From: a virus
Lineage: Duplodnaviria; Caudoviricetes
Direction: 5' to 3' (one strand)
IMG/VR virus record: IMGVR_UViG_3300014656_001149
Coordinates: 1 to 36,878 of that record
Length of the DNA: 36,878 bases
Shown here: positions 8,279-18,749 of the stretch, piece after piece
Layout: every line of letters starts with the position of its first letter
Numbering within the stretch: the first letter of the stretch is position 1
The notes under the pieces: generated by a model
The model's input: only the letters and a program-made list of their open reading frames with translations
What the model was told of the DNA's origin: nothing
Database searches by the model: none
Translations under genes and position numbers: made by a program

Positions 8279-11200
8279 TGGTAACTGATTTAAGAGAAAC
8301 ATTTGAAGGGGAATATATCCCCCCTAAGAAGTCTGTTAGGAAGATACTAGGAGCCAAAGCAGCAAGGTTTATCCAGAAGAGAGAAGGTATATCCTTAGAA
8401 CCATTAGAGACATTAACTGGTGAGAATGCAAGAGAGAAAAGGGCTTTCTTACATAATCGGTTAGCTACACTAAAAAGGGAATGGGAAGAGACTGGCGATA
8501 ACTCCTTTGTACCAGAAATGCGTTCTATTCTGGCAGAACTAAATGCTACTATTGAGGAACCTGAAATCCCCGTTGCTGAAGAAGTATCTTTGATTCAAAG
8601 GGTGTATCCAGAGTTTACATCTGTAGAGGAAGCTATTACTTCTCTTGAAACCCAAGCATTAGAAGACCCTGATGCTTTTCTGGATGACATAGCCTCAAGG
8701 GGTAGGAATGAGGATACCGAGAATCTATTAAGGGCTTTAGAGTTAAGCGAAGAAGAGATTGATGCTGCCTTTACCTATAGGGATATACCTGAAGAGGGAA
8801 GTGATTATGTTTACCGAACAGGCGATATAGACCCTGTAACAGGTGCAGAATTTAGAACAATGGGTACTATCAAACCCAATGGTGTAGTGTATGATGGAGA
8901 CCGTTGGGTTGGTATGGTGAATATCAATACTGGTGAGTTCTTCACAGCAAAAGAGATTAAAAGGCTCTCAATGCCTAGTGATGAAGAACAAAGGCAAATG
9001 ATGCAGAATAAGGGTATAGACCCAGAAGAGATTGAAAAAATCATAGCACAATCTCACCTTGATATGTCCACAGAGGAGTGGTTGCAGGAATACAGGAAGA
9101 TAAATCCATCAACTTGGAAGACTATAGGTCTTTCAACAATTAGTAGGTCAGCGGTAGCAGGTATAGGTGGTGCGATAAGGGGTACTGGAGGTACGGCAGC
9201 TTGGGCGAAGCAAGAAACACTGAGTAAGAACCTGATAGAGTTAGGTGACTTTTTAGGGTCTTTGGGGCCACCGATGGTGCCATATACTACATTTGGGGAG
9301 ACTGTTCTTAACCCAGATTTCTGGGCTACATCGGGAGTACAGATGATTTCAAGTTCGGTTACAATGATGTTACCTCTTATTGTCGCTACGTGTGCAGCCG
9401 TACCGGTAGCAGGAGCGATTGGATTAGGTGCTACAGCCACAAGCATATTTGCTGTAGTTACTGGTTCTACAATAGGTGCATTAGGTGAGTCTGCTCTTGA
9501 ATCTGGTGCTGCTTATAATGAAGCCATAGACATGGGTAAGAGTCCTGAAGAGGCGTCAAAGATAGCTGGTAGCGTCTACTGGCAAAATGCTGCCCTTCTA
9601 ACAGGTTCAAACCTCTTAGAGTTAGGGGCTATATTTACTGGTAACGGGCCAGCTATTTTCCAAAGTCTTCTTAATAAAGGGTTGGTTAAAGGTGTGATAG
9701 TGGGGGGAAAGATAGTTGGCGGTGGTTTGACTGAAAGTGGTCAGGAACTAAGCCAAAATCTTATTACCAACAAAGCATTTGGTAGAGAAACTAAGTGGGA
9801 TGATGAAGCCAAGATGACAGTGCTGATAAGTTTTATGATGGGTGGTGCTTTTGTTGGTGCTGGTACATTATTTACTAAAATACAAGATAGAACAATAGAT
9901 AAATTCACTCCTGAGCAGAAACAGGTATTTGATGGCATATCGGAAGAGCTTGTCCTTCAGGGTTTGGTTCGTGAAGGGGCTAAACTGAGAGCTTTAGATT
10001 ATATGGTTGATAATGATACAGATGCCAAAGCGAAATTAGAGGAAACTATTAAGGAGGTTGATAAGGAAGAGGCTCTAAAACAGGTTAAGCCCACTGACGA
10101 AGTTGAGGCAGCAGCCTTTGAACATATCAAGAAGCAGGAAGGTGTAATAGCCCCAGTAGAAGAAATCCCCACAATAGAGCCTGAAGTAGCCCCTGTAGAG
10201 CCTGTGGTAACACCTGAAGAGGTTACACCTGCACCAGAGGTTACTCCCCCTGTTACTGAGGCTGGTATGCCTGAAGCTGGAATACAAGAAGCTGCTTTTG
10301 GAGTTCCCGCTAGAGAAGTCAGACCAAAGGGCAAGGGTAGAGTAGTCCAGATTTCGATGGAAGACCAACTTAAACTTGAGCAGGCTAGACAGGCTGCTGA
10401 GGAAGCACCTGCTGATGTCCAAGACGCTTATTATGCTCAGGCAGAAATTGAGGGGCTGAAAGCCACACACGAAGGCGACCCTGTGGCTACATACCGTTTC
10501 AAGATGGGTAACAGGAATGTGGGACTTGACTCTCTTATCTCTATTCGTGAGCAAATATTCCCTGATTACGTTACGCTGAAACAAGCACAAGCTCTTAATC
10601 CGGGTAAAGCATTTGAAAGATATACACAAAAAGGGACTCCTCAATACAATAGAGTACCAATAGCCGATGCTTTTGATGAATTAACCAAAGAGTTCAATAT
10701 GACCCCCGATGAGATTGCTGACAGGGTGATGGCAATCCGCAGGGAGAAACAGCTAATCAAGGAGCATGAGGCTACTATTAAAAGGCAGATGACTGAGAAA
10801 CCATCGGAGGTATTACCTGAACCAACTCCTGAAGAAATTGCCTTAACTCCTACTGGTGAAAAGGTGTTAACTGCTGCTCAACGTGTTAGGACTCTGGCAT
10901 TATTTGGTAAATATGTAATGAGTGAATCTACCCTGGATGCTTTTGAATTAACGAGGGAACTAAGACGAGAAACTAGAAGTGGTCAGGCTGAAAACCTAAA
11001 GGCTAGAGCGCAGGAACTAATTGTTGAACAAGGTATGCCTGCTGAGCAAGCTATGAAACAGGCAATCCAAGAAACTTTATCTGGCGAATTACCTGTTATA
11101 ACAACAGATTATATGGATGACCTGACAAACCAGATGCGGGATGTATTATTCCGAGAAGTTTCTGTGAAAATGAAGGAATATCCTTTTGAAATGGCATCTA

Positions 11201-14200
11201 CATATACAGCTTTGCTTAATGCTCTTCCACTTAGAGATGCACAGGGCAAGTTAATACGGTCAGCAAAAGCCATACCGAGAGAAAAGGGAACGGGAAGTAT
11301 TCTATTCCCTCAAGGTGGTTCTGCTTGGGATAGATTAAATTATGTCTTTGGTGAGCACCCAGAAGTTATGAAAGCCCTTGATACAATAGCTAAGGAGGGG
11401 AAGACCATAAGGGATGTGGTTGAGGGGATTTACCATGAGACTGGTAGAGAGCCAATACCTATAGACCAGGAGATGGCTGAGTATCTTAGAAGCCTCGCAA
11501 CTTGGTCAATGCAGGAAGCTGAGGCGTTACATATACCTACTGAGGCAAGAGGGAAACTAACTTACGCACCTACTGGAGAATTAGGGCTGACCCAAGAAGG
11601 TCAACAGATATTACTGGGAGAAAAGCCTTATCAAGCCCTTAATGTCAGTGATTTACGTTCCCCTGCTGATTTGCAATTTGCCAAGAGTGATTTGGAACTA
11701 GCCAGGGAATTGGCTGAGGGAAAGATTACCTTTGATGAGTTTCAGCTAGCCCGGACTGAAGCTAGAGACCGAGCTTATCCGCCAACAGTCCCACTGAAGT
11801 TTGACCCACCTATTGATAATGCTTTCAAGCAACCACCGATGTTCAGTTTTATGGAACAGAGTATGTTGAATAGGGTGCTAAAGGAACTCCTCTGGTCTCC
11901 TTTGGATATTGGTAACTTCCTCAGAGCTAACAAAGCGAGTTTTGATAATTCTTTCTTGAGACAATCAAAGGCTCTAGCTGGTGGGCATCCTGTTGTAGGT
12001 TTTCAAGCACACACTACTGCTTGGCAGTCTATGTTTAGCCAAAAACATACTGAGGCGGAGTGGGAGTTAATAACAAGAGACCCTGATTTTCAGATATACG
12101 ACCAGATTAGGCAGGATACAGGGCACGACCCTTTGCGTGTGCCAGCTTTTGCAGGAGTAAAGGGAACAGAACGATGGAGAACGGCTGAGGAGTTTGGTTT
12201 TCCTACAGTTGAGAGATTGATACCTAGACTTACTCAAAAGTTGCCTCACATTAAGTATTTTGAAAGAGCTTTTTCTGCTGGAACAAATAAGATAGTTTGG
12301 GGAGTGTGGAAGCAAAAACTTGAGTGGTCAAGAAGATATTCGGAGAAGATTGCCTCTGGCGAGATAACTCTTAAAGAGGGTGAGGCATTTGATATAATCC
12401 AAGAGATGACTGACCATCAGGCAATGCTAGGCGATATGATTCAAAGAGCTAATCTACGGAGGTTCTCAGGACTAGCTCCTGCTATGAACGCCTTCTTCTT
12501 CGCAGCGAGGTCAAAGATTGGTAGGTTCTTAGCCCCGACACACTTGATTGGTGTTACTATCCGACAAGGGAAGGTTAACTTTAACCCTCGTATAATAAAA
12601 GAGGCATGGAGGGACTTCCTCTTAACAAATGCCGAGATAGCTGGAGTTATGTTTCTGGGTTCTTGGCTCGGCTTATGGGACTTAGAAGACGACCCACGTA
12701 ATGCCGAGTTTATGAGTGCCCGTATTGGTAATACTAGGATTGACCCCTGGGCTGGTCAGAGACAATTTGTTGTTCTATATACTCGCCTTGTTACTAAGAC
12801 TGGCGTAAGTTCGGTAACCGGTGCGGAATATGATGTAAATCCTCAAGGCGCTCTGACGAGTTTCATTACAAATTCCCTATCACCACTTGCCTCCGCTATG
12901 CTGGAATTTTACACTGGGAGAAACTTTATTGGGGGGGTAATAGATTTTAAGGACGCAAAATACTGGATTGAGAAAATAACACCATTTGCTATTAACGATG
13001 TGTGGGAAGCTGCTGAGGAAGATTGGCGTATAGGTGTCGCGGTTACTATTCCAGCAATCTATGGTGAGGGTGTCCAGACCTATACTGGAGACTGGGAGGA
13101 GAACTTTACCAAACTTGGGCTACCAAAGTATCTAGAGAATACTGGATATGGCATAACAAAGCCACCTTATGATACGGCTGACTTCTGGGCTGATACTGCT
13201 TCTCAGTTTACTGGTGTTGACCCTACTACATTAACGGCAGAAAAGGGCTTCCCAGAATATATCAGGGCGATTGTTAATGCCAAGATTATCAAAGAACATC
13301 TAAGCACTCTACCGAGCGAGAAGTTAATATCGCTTAATGCTGACCCAAATCTTGATGAACCTACCTTTACTGAGTATCGCCAGATGTGGACGGATAGGCA
13401 AAAGCTGGTTGCTGCTGGCGATAAAGCCGAGTGGACTGATGATGAACTACAACCAGGTGGTAAGTATAAGGAAGTAACTTACAAAGGAGAGGACGCACTA
13501 ACAGCCTTTGATAAAAAATACACTAAAGCCAATCTCGGCAATTTCTCTCAGAGACAATTCGCTCTTTTGATGGAATATCACTCAATCACTGATAAGACTA
13601 AACAGGCTGAGTTTCTTAAACTACATAAGGATGAGATAGGGATTAAACCAAGAGACGAATATCTGAGAACTCACCCCAAAGAAAACGCTCAACTGGCTGT
13701 CTGGGGGCAAGTTAGTATTTACAGCAAAGAAGCCTACAACGAATTCAAGAGCCTTATAAAGTCTTTAGATATTCCTGACAATGCTATACCTGAATTTACT
13801 CTACCGCCTGAAGGGTCTATAGATAGCCACTTTAGTTATGAGGATGTTGTCAGTGAATATGGTGGTGGCAGTTTACAGGCTGACCTTATTTTGGCACAGG
13901 ATGATGCCTATAGAGAATGGAGAGGACTACAGCCGATTGCCTCTTCAGTTGAAGCGTTAGAATTAAAAATATCAAACAAAGACTTGGATGAAAATTCACA
14001 GGAGTACAAAGATAACACCAGAAAGATAGAGGCTTATGATAATAATGGCACTGACTTTGTTGACTCGTGGGTAGATAGAGGTCATAAAATAGATGAGTTT
14101 GGTGCTGGTAGCTCAGAGGCAAAGGCTTGGCTATTGGATAACCCCGAAGTTCACCAGTGGGCAATAGACAATAAATTACTAACAGATGATGGTAGTGATT

Positions 14201-14961
14201 GGAATGAAGAGGTGATACGCCTTAATGTCGAACTGGGTGGTTTAGAGGAGGGGTCTGAGCAATACTCTATAGTTAAGAGAAAGATACAAGCCCATTCTGA
14301 GGGCTTTACGAGGATAGACGACTTTGTGGCTTACTATGATTTACCTGTTGCTGGCTTTAAGCAGAAGCGGTATTTAATAGAAAACCCTGAGTTTGCTGCT
14401 GAAATGAAGGACATTAAGGGGATAGAACCGCCTGATTATATTCCTCCGGTAGAGTATGACGAACTTTTGGAGAAAGAAACCAGAACACCAGAAGAGGAAC
14501 TGAAAGTTAAGGCTTATGATAAGAAAGTCCCATTAGAACACATAGATAATTATGTTGCCTTCTACTCCATAACGAAACCTGAAGATTATCCAGATATGCC
14601 TTTCTATGAAGATGACTTCTTCTTAATAGAAAACCCAACCTTTTACAAAGAGGTCTACTTAGGCACACTGGGCAATCAAAGAGCAGACTTCCGCCTAGTA
14701 CCCCCAACAAGGAAACTTCTTGATAAGTGGATAGCCTATAACAGGATTAAATTCAATCAAGCTAAGAGAGACCAGTTTAGGCTAGATAATCCTGACTTGG
14801 ATAAGTGGGGAGTATCAGTAGGGATATGGGCTATGACAATGACTGAGAAAAGACGGAGGGCAGGCAGAACTGCCGGTGAAAAGACTGCTGAGGAAGTAGA
14901 AGAGATGATAGAGGAGATAGAGGAGATAGAGGAGATACCCGAAGTGGTGCCGATTAGATGA
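8278..14961 (+). CDS. Giant internal virion / DNA-ejection-type protein (2227 aa)
   Basis: Size and position after the portal; G/A-rich hydrophobic helices near aa 280-530; E/P/V linker; DPRNAEFMSARIGNTRIDPW segment resembling other large phage ejection/polyvalent proteins. Confidence 0.7.
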   Translation: MVTDLRETFEGEYIPPKKSVRKILGAKAARFIQKREGISLEPLETLTGENAREKRAFLHNRLATLKREWEETGDNSFVPEMRSILAELNATIEEPEIPVAEEVSLIQRVYPEFTSVEEAITSLETQALEDPDAFLDDIASRGRNEDTENLLRALELSEEEIDAAFTYRDIPEEGSDYVYRTGDIDPVTGAEFRTMGTIKPNGVVYDGDRWVGMVNINTGEFFTAKEIKRLSMPSDEEQRQMMQNKGIDPEEIEKIIAQSHLDMSTEEWLQEYRKINPSTWKTIGLSTISRSAVAGIGGAIRGTGGTAAWAKQETLSKNLIELGDFLGSLGPPMVPYTTFGETVLNPDFWATSGVQMISSSVTMMLPLIVATCAAVPVAGAIGLGATATSIFAVVTGSTIGALGESALESGAAYNEAIDMGKSPEEASKIAGSVYWQNAALLTGSNLLELGAIFTGNGPAIFQSLLNKGLVKGVIVGGKIVGGGLTESGQELSQNLITNKAFGRETKWDDEAKMTVLISFMMGGAFVGAGTLFTKIQDRTIDKFTPEQKQVFDGISEELVLQGLVREGAKLRALDYMVDNDTDAKAKLEETIKEVDKEEALKQVKPTDEVEAAAFEHIKKQEGVIAPVEEIPTIEPEVAPVEPVVTPEEVTPAPEVTPPVTEAGMPEAGIQEAAFGVPAREVRPKGKGRVVQISMEDQLKLEQARQAAEEAPADVQDAYYAQAEIEGLKATHEGDPVATYRFKMGNRNVGLDSLISIREQIFPDYVTLKQAQALNPGKAFERYTQKGTPQYNRVPIADAFDELTKEFNMTPDEIADRVMAIRREKQLIKEHEATIKRQMTEKPSEVLPEPTPEEIALTPTGEKVLTAAQRVRTLALFGKYVMSESTLDAFELTRELRRETRSGQAENLKARAQELIVEQGMPAEQAMKQAIQETLSGELPVITTDYMDDLTNQMRDVLFREVSVKMKEYPFEMASTYTALLNALPLRDAQGKLIRSAKAIPREKGTGSILFPQGGSAWDRLNYVFGEHPEVMKALDTIAKEGKTIRDVVEGIYHETGREPIPIDQEMAEYLRSLATWSMQEAEALHIPTEARGKLTYAPTGELGLTQEGQQILLGEKPYQALNVSDLRSPADLQFAKSDLELARELAEGKITFDEFQLARTEARDRAYPPTVPLKFDPPIDNAFKQPPMFSFMEQSMLNRVLKELLWSPLDIGNFLRANKASFDNSFLRQSKALAGGHPVVGFQAHTTAWQSMFSQKHTEAEWELITRDPDFQIYDQIRQDTGHDPLRVPAFAGVKGTERWRTAEEFGFPTVERLIPRLTQKLPHIKYFERAFSAGTNKIVWGVWKQKLEWSRRYSEKIASGEITLKEGEAFDIIQEMTDHQAMLGDMIQRANLRRFSGLAPAMNAFFFAARSKIGRFLAPTHLIGVTIRQGKVNFNPRIIKEAWRDFLLTNAEIAGVMFLGSWLGLWDLEDDPRNAEFMSARIGNTRIDPWAGQRQFVVLYTRLVTKTGVSSVTGAEYDVNPQGALTSFITNSLSPLASAMLEFYTGRNFIGGVIDFKDAKYWIEKITPFAINDVWEAAEEDWRIGVAVTIPAIYGEGVQTYTGDWEENFTKLGLPKYLENTGYGITKPPYDTADFWADTASQFTGVDPTTLTAEKGFPEYIRAIVNAKIIKEHLSTLPSEKLISLNADPNLDEPTFTEYRQMWTDRQKLVAAGDKAEWTDDELQPGGKYKEVTYKGEDALTAFDKKYTKANLGNFSQRQFALLMEYHSITDKTKQAEFLKLHKDEIGIKPRDEYLRTHPKENAQLAVWGQVSIYSKEAYNEFKSLIKSLDIPDNAIPEFTLPPEGSIDSHFSYEDVVSEYGGGSLQADLILAQDDAYREWRGLQPIASSVEALELKISNKDLDENSQEYKDNTRKIEAYDNNGTDFVDSWVDRGHKIDEFGAGSSEAKAWLLDNPEVHQWAIDNKLLTDDGSDWNEEVIRLNVELGGLEEGSEQYSIVKRKIQAHSEGFTRIDDFVAYYDLPVAGFKQKRYLIENPEFAAEMKDIKGIEPPDYIPPVEYDELLEKETRTPEEELKVKAYDKKVPLEHIDNYVAFYSITKPEDYPDMPFYEDDFFLIENPTFYKEVYLGTLGNQRADFRLVPPTRKLLDKWIAYNRIKFNQAKRDQFRLDNPDLDKWGVSVGIWAMTMTEKRRRAGRTAGEKTAEEVEEMIEEIEEIEEIPEVVPIR
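14908..14937 (+). repeat. 9-bp tandem repeat (ATAGAGGAG x3 + ATA) encoding IEE repeats
   Basis: Read directly. Confidence 0.85.
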
Positions 14962-15013
14962 TGCGTAAAGATATTTGGATTACAGTAGATATTCCTTGTA
15001 GGAAGGAGGAGAA

Positions 15014-15298
15014 ATGGTGTTGAAGACAAGTCCAGCGAAGTTAAGTGAAATGAGGCAGAGAGTAAATGAGTTAAGGAAAAAAGAAAGGGAAGAAGATGAT
15101 AACCTCCGAGAAAACCTCATAACCCTAACGAAATGTAGTCGTCTAATTCCAAAACCACATAGTTTCCTATGGATTAGGAGATGTCCCTTATGCTCTAGTA
15201 AGGTCAAAATGATAAAATTCTTTTATGGTCTTTACTATCTCTACCAATGTTCCGACTGTAATTATGAATATGTAACTTATCATCCATTGGAGGATTAA
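15014..15298 (+). CDS. Coiled-coil plus zinc-ribbon protein
   Basis: AAGGAG RBS; CPLC...CSDC. Confidence 0.7.
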   Translation: MVLKTSPAKLSEMRQRVNELRKKEREEDDNLRENLITLTKCSRLIPKPHSFLWIRRCPLCSSKVKMIKFFYGLYYLYQCSDCNYEYVTYHPLED

Positions 15299-15300
15299 AA

Positions 15301-15855
15301 ATGAAAAAGGAGTTGCAGCAAAGAATAGTGGAAGAGCTTATTGCCTTTGAAGTTGATATAGCTAGTCTATTTGAGCAGGCTAAAATTCCCTCTCCTGTTC
15401 ATTTATCCAAAGGGAATGAATATGAGCTTATTACGATATTCAGAGATATTAAGCCTACCGATTGGGTATTCTCAAATCATAGGTCACATTATCACGCTCT
15501 CTTAAAGGGTATCCCCCCAGAATGGCTAAAGGCTGAGATACTTGCTAATAGAAGCATTACCATAAACAATGCCGAATACAACTTCTTTTCGTCAGCTATT
15601 GTTGGGGGCATACTACCTATAGCGGTTGGCGTTGCTATGACACAACAGGTGGTATGGTGCTTCTGTGGAGATATGGCAAGTGAGACTGGTATTTTCCATG
15701 AATGTGTAAAGTATGCCACAGGGCATAAACTCCCAATACACTTTGTGGTAGAGGACAACGGATTTAGTGTTGATACTCCAACAGGAAAAGTATGGCGGTA
15801 TTCTTATCAAAGGGAGTTCCCTCACCAGGGAATGGGGAAATTTGTTATATTTTAA
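15301..15855 (+). CDS. TPP-dependent enzyme, short E1-alpha-like subunit
   Basis: HLSKGNE, SNHRSHYHAL, SAIVGG, TPP motif GDMASETG...VVEDNG. Confidence 0.88.
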   Translation: MKKELQQRIVEELIAFEVDIASLFEQAKIPSPVHLSKGNEYELITIFRDIKPTDWVFSNHRSHYHALLKGIPPEWLKAEILANRSITINNAEYNFFSSAIVGGILPIAVGVAMTQQVVWCFCGDMASETGIFHECVKYATGHKLPIHFVVEDNGFSVDTPTGKVWRYSYQREFPHQGMGKFVIF

Positions 15856-15865
15856 GGAGGGTGAA

Positions 15866-16243
15866 GTGCAAGAAAACGAAATCGCTCAGCAGAGGAAAGA
15901 TGTTCAGGCGAAAAAGGAGTTGTTAAAGAAATCTGAGGAACGCCTATATAAACTTGAAAGAGAGTTAAAACAAGAGGCAGATAGAAGAAAGAAAGAAGAA
16001 GCGATAATTGCTGGCATTCCACCTCTTGATTGGATGATAGCAAATAATGAATACAATGGTTCTTGGAGCCTTTGGAATAGAAAACCTTTCCCTGAATGGG
16101 TAGTCTTATTGTGGGATATGAATGGTCAACTCAACTACAAAGGAGAAATCTTTATTATTAGCTCTCACAAAGGTCAGCATGGAATGGGTGGGATGGATGA
16201 AGGAAGCGGAGATTCTGTAAGTGTAACAAGAATAAGAAAATGA
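15866..16243 (+). CDS. Hypothetical protein inserted between the TPP alpha and beta genes
   Basis: AAGGAGG RBS before GTG 15866; N-terminal coiled coil; ATGA overlap with the beta gene. Confidence 0.65.
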   Translation: MQENEIAQQRKDVQAKKELLKKSEERLYKLERELKQEADRRKKEEAIIAGIPPLDWMIANNEYNGSWSLWNRKPFPEWVVLLWDMNGQLNYKGEIFIISSHKGQHGMGGMDEGSGDSVSVTRIRK

Positions 16244-16773
16244 CATATCAAGAAGAACTAACTAAAGCGATGACTTGGCTAGGAGAGAAGTCTGATACTA
16301 TCTTTGTCGGGCAGTCAGTAGTTTACCCTGGCAATGCTATGTTCAAGACACTATTAGGTGTTCCCTTAGAAAAGAGACTTGAGTTGCCTGTAGCCGAAGA
16401 GATGCAGATGGGACTTAGTATTGGTATGGCTCTCACAGGTAAGACGGTTATTTCAATCTATCCCCGCTTTGACTTTCTATTATTGGCGGTAAATCAGCTA
16501 GTCAACCACCTTGATAAGTTAGAGGAGTTCACTCACGGTCAGTATCACGCTAAGGTGATTATAAGGGTAGGGATAGGTTCTAAAAACCCGATGTATCCTG
16601 GGGTTCAACATTGTGGGGATTATACGGAAGTGTTTAGTAAGATGCTAAAGAATGTCAGTGTTCTTAAAATTGACACACCTCATTCTGCTTGGGTGTTTTA
16701 TTACGTTGCCTATAGAAACCCTGGTAATTATTTACTAATAGAGGATATGAACTTATATGGAATGGAGCAATAA
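16240..16773 (+). CDS. TPP-dependent enzyme, short E1-beta-like subunit (pyrimidine-binding domain only)
   Basis: ELPVAEEMQMGLSIGMALTG, YPRFDFLLLAVNQLVN, GVQH. Confidence 0.88.
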   Translation: MTYQEELTKAMTWLGEKSDTIFVGQSVVYPGNAMFKTLLGVPLEKRLELPVAEEMQMGLSIGMALTGKTVISIYPRFDFLLLAVNQLVNHLDKLEEFTHGQYHAKVIIRVGIGSKNPMYPGVQHCGDYTEVFSKMLKNVSVLKIDTPHSAWVFYYVAYRNPGNYLLIEDMNLYGMEQ

Positions 16774-17806
16774 ATATAATCCTATGAATTCTGATAAGGG
16801 GCTAACCTACTACGAAAATTACAAGAAGATAATAGGGTGGATGGATGGCAAGAACGAGTTGCCTCCTCCGATTGAGGCATCCCTTGACCCAGCAAATGTC
16901 TGCAATAATAAATGCTACTACTGCAATTCACAGAGGTATCTCAGGGATGAACCATTACATCTAAAGAGATGGGGTAGGGATTATATGGAGGACTTACTTA
17001 TAAATCTCTCTAATTGGGGAGTAAGAGGTTTCTGCTGGGGTGGTGGTGGAGAAGCAACCTTAAATCTCCGTTTAGCAGAGATGACTAGAACAGGAGTCCT
17101 TTTGGGTATGGAAGGAGCTATTGTTACCAACGGGGTGAATTTAGATGATGACCTGATAGATGCTCTGTTACTGTGTAAATGGATAGGAGTGTCGGTTGAT
17201 ACCTGTGTCCCTAGTGTTTATGAGGAAGTTAGGGGAACAGATGACTGCCTAAAGGTATGGGAGAATATTCAAAAGATAGCAAAGAATAAAACCACTACTA
17301 CCCTTGGGGTCAGGGCTTTAGTTCTACCAGAAACGATAGATACGTTAGTTAATACCTGTGAGTCAACCTATTTTAGTGGTGCTAACTTCTTCCATGTAAG
17401 ACCTGTTGACCTTGAAAGGAGGGATTCTAAGTCAGAGAAGCTTAATCTTGATATGAATCATATTATGGAAGTTTTAGAGAAGTGCCGAGAAATGGAACGT
17501 GATGATTTCAAGGTTTACACGGTAACGCATAAGTATGATAAAAACTTTCATGTCAAACACGACTTCAAGAAGTGTTGGGCTAGTCCTCTGGTTATTCAAA
17601 TATGCACCGACAAGAAGATGTATGTCTGTGTAGACCACCGTCTTGAGCCTAGATTTGAGGTTAAGGAATGGGGGAATGATGAACACAGGGGTTTGATTAA
17701 GAGTATAGAGCCTGATAGGGATTGTAGTAGATGCACGTGGGGAGAATATAATCGTCAGATAGAGAAGGTAGTGCTAGAAGATAGTATGCACTTAGCATTT
17801 CCATAG
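16757..17806 (+). CDS. Radical SAM enzyme with SPASM/Twitch-like C-terminus
   Basis: CNNKCYYC, GGGEATL, VTNG, VSVD; C-terminal C..C..CSRC. Confidence 0.88.
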   Translation: MEWSNKYNPMNSDKGLTYYENYKKIIGWMDGKNELPPPIEASLDPANVCNNKCYYCNSQRYLRDEPLHLKRWGRDYMEDLLINLSNWGVRGFCWGGGGEATLNLRLAEMTRTGVLLGMEGAIVTNGVNLDDDLIDALLLCKWIGVSVDTCVPSVYEEVRGTDDCLKVWENIQKIAKNKTTTTLGVRALVLPETIDTLVNTCESTYFSGANFFHVRPVDLERRDSKSEKLNLDMNHIMEVLEKCREMERDDFKVYTVTHKYDKNFHVKHDFKKCWASPLVIQICTDKKMYVCVDHRLEPRFEVKEWGNDEHRGLIKSIEPDRDCSRCTWGEYNRQIEKVVLEDSMHLAFP

Positions 17807-17818
17807 GGGGATAATTAT

Positions 17819-17932
17819 ATGAATGGGTCGGAAAAATTCCTTGCAGTCTTTTTGGCAATATTGATAATACAGATGTTAATTAGCTTAATATCTCTTATAA
17901 GAAAGTTGCGGAAACCCCATTGGGAAGTATAA
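17819..17932 (+). CDS. Single-pass membrane peptide (37 aa)
   Basis: AGGGGG RBS; MNGSEKFLAVFLAILIIQMLISLISLIRKLRK... Confidence 0.5.
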   Translation: MNGSEKFLAVFLAILIIQMLISLISLIRKLRKPHWEV

Positions 17933-17971
17933 AGGATAGTATGCACGTTAATTTCCCATAAGGAGGGGAAG

Positions 17972-18322
17972 GTGGTAAAAGAAAGTGCGAGACTAAGTTT
18001 AACTAAACTCTTAGACAAACATAAAAATAAGGAAAAAATGTTACTTAAAGACCTTATGGAAAGGGAGTGTCGGAAGAATGAATTGTGGGACAAATTAAAC
18101 CAGATTGAAAAAGTAATGAAGGAGAATGGGGGAAAATTCTATCCGTCTCCCAAACCCTTTAACCATTGTCCTAACTGTCTTTCAAGGTTGACTGTTGAGT
18201 CCGTGTCAATATGTTCATGTAAGGGGCGAAGAGCAATCCTGAGAGAGTGTCATTATTGTGGTTATGTATATTACTCTATGCGTGGAATATGTTGGGGGCA
18301 TGGGGGGTATGGTGAACTCTAG
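17972..18322 (+). CDS. Coiled-coil plus zinc-ribbon protein
   Basis: AAGGAGG RBS; CPNC...CHYC. Confidence 0.7.
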   Translation: MVKESARLSLTKLLDKHKNKEKMLLKDLMERECRKNELWDKLNQIEKVMKENGGKFYPSPKPFNHCPNCLSRLTVESVSICSCKGRRAILRECHYCGYVYYSMRGICWGHGGYGEL

Positions 18323-18338
18323 TATAAAGTAGGTATAA

Positions 18339-18749
18339 ATGAAAACAGCAATGATAAGCGGGCATTTTGACCCATTTACCTATGCCCATTTAGATTATAT
18401 TAAGGGGGCTTCTAAGCTAGGGGATAGTTTAGTATGCGTTGTCTCCAATAATAAGCAAGCAGAAATGAAGAAGGGCAGGGTAAATGAGCCAGTAGAAGAT
18501 AGGGCAGAGATACTAGACTTGATAATGAGGGGTTTAGATATTGAGCATCAGGTTTATGTCAACACATTGGATAAAAGGACAACCTATGTCTCTGAGATGA
18601 TAGCTCATATTCACCCTGATATATTTTGTAGGGGTAGTGACAAGAGTATTGAGGATATGCCACCTGATGAAAAGAAGGTCTGCGAAGAACTAGGTATTGA
18701 GATAATCCACGTTAAAGGTAAAATAATTCACGGGTCTGATTTTATATGA
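18339..18749 (+). CDS. Cytidylyltransferase-like (HxGH superfamily) nucleotidyltransferase
   Basis: ISGHFDPFTYAHLDYI, LGDSLVCVVSNN, HPDIFCRGSD, EKKVCEELGIEII. Confidence 0.85.
   Translation: MKTAMISGHFDPFTYAHLDYIKGASKLGDSLVCVVSNNKQAEMKKGRVNEPVEDRAEILDLIMRGLDIEHQVYVNTLDKRTTYVSEMIAHIHPDIFCRGSDKSIEDMPPDEKKVCEELGIEIIHVKGKIIHGSDFI

Noticed and set aside
8278-14961. Tape measure protein or virion RNA polymerase
   Set aside because: Located beside the portal rather than after tail-tube and chaperone genes; no polymerase motifs recognised
15301-16773. Pyruvate dehydrogenase as an auxiliary metabolic gene
   Set aside because: Subunits are much too short, there is no E2/E3, and the context is sugar-nucleotide enzymes
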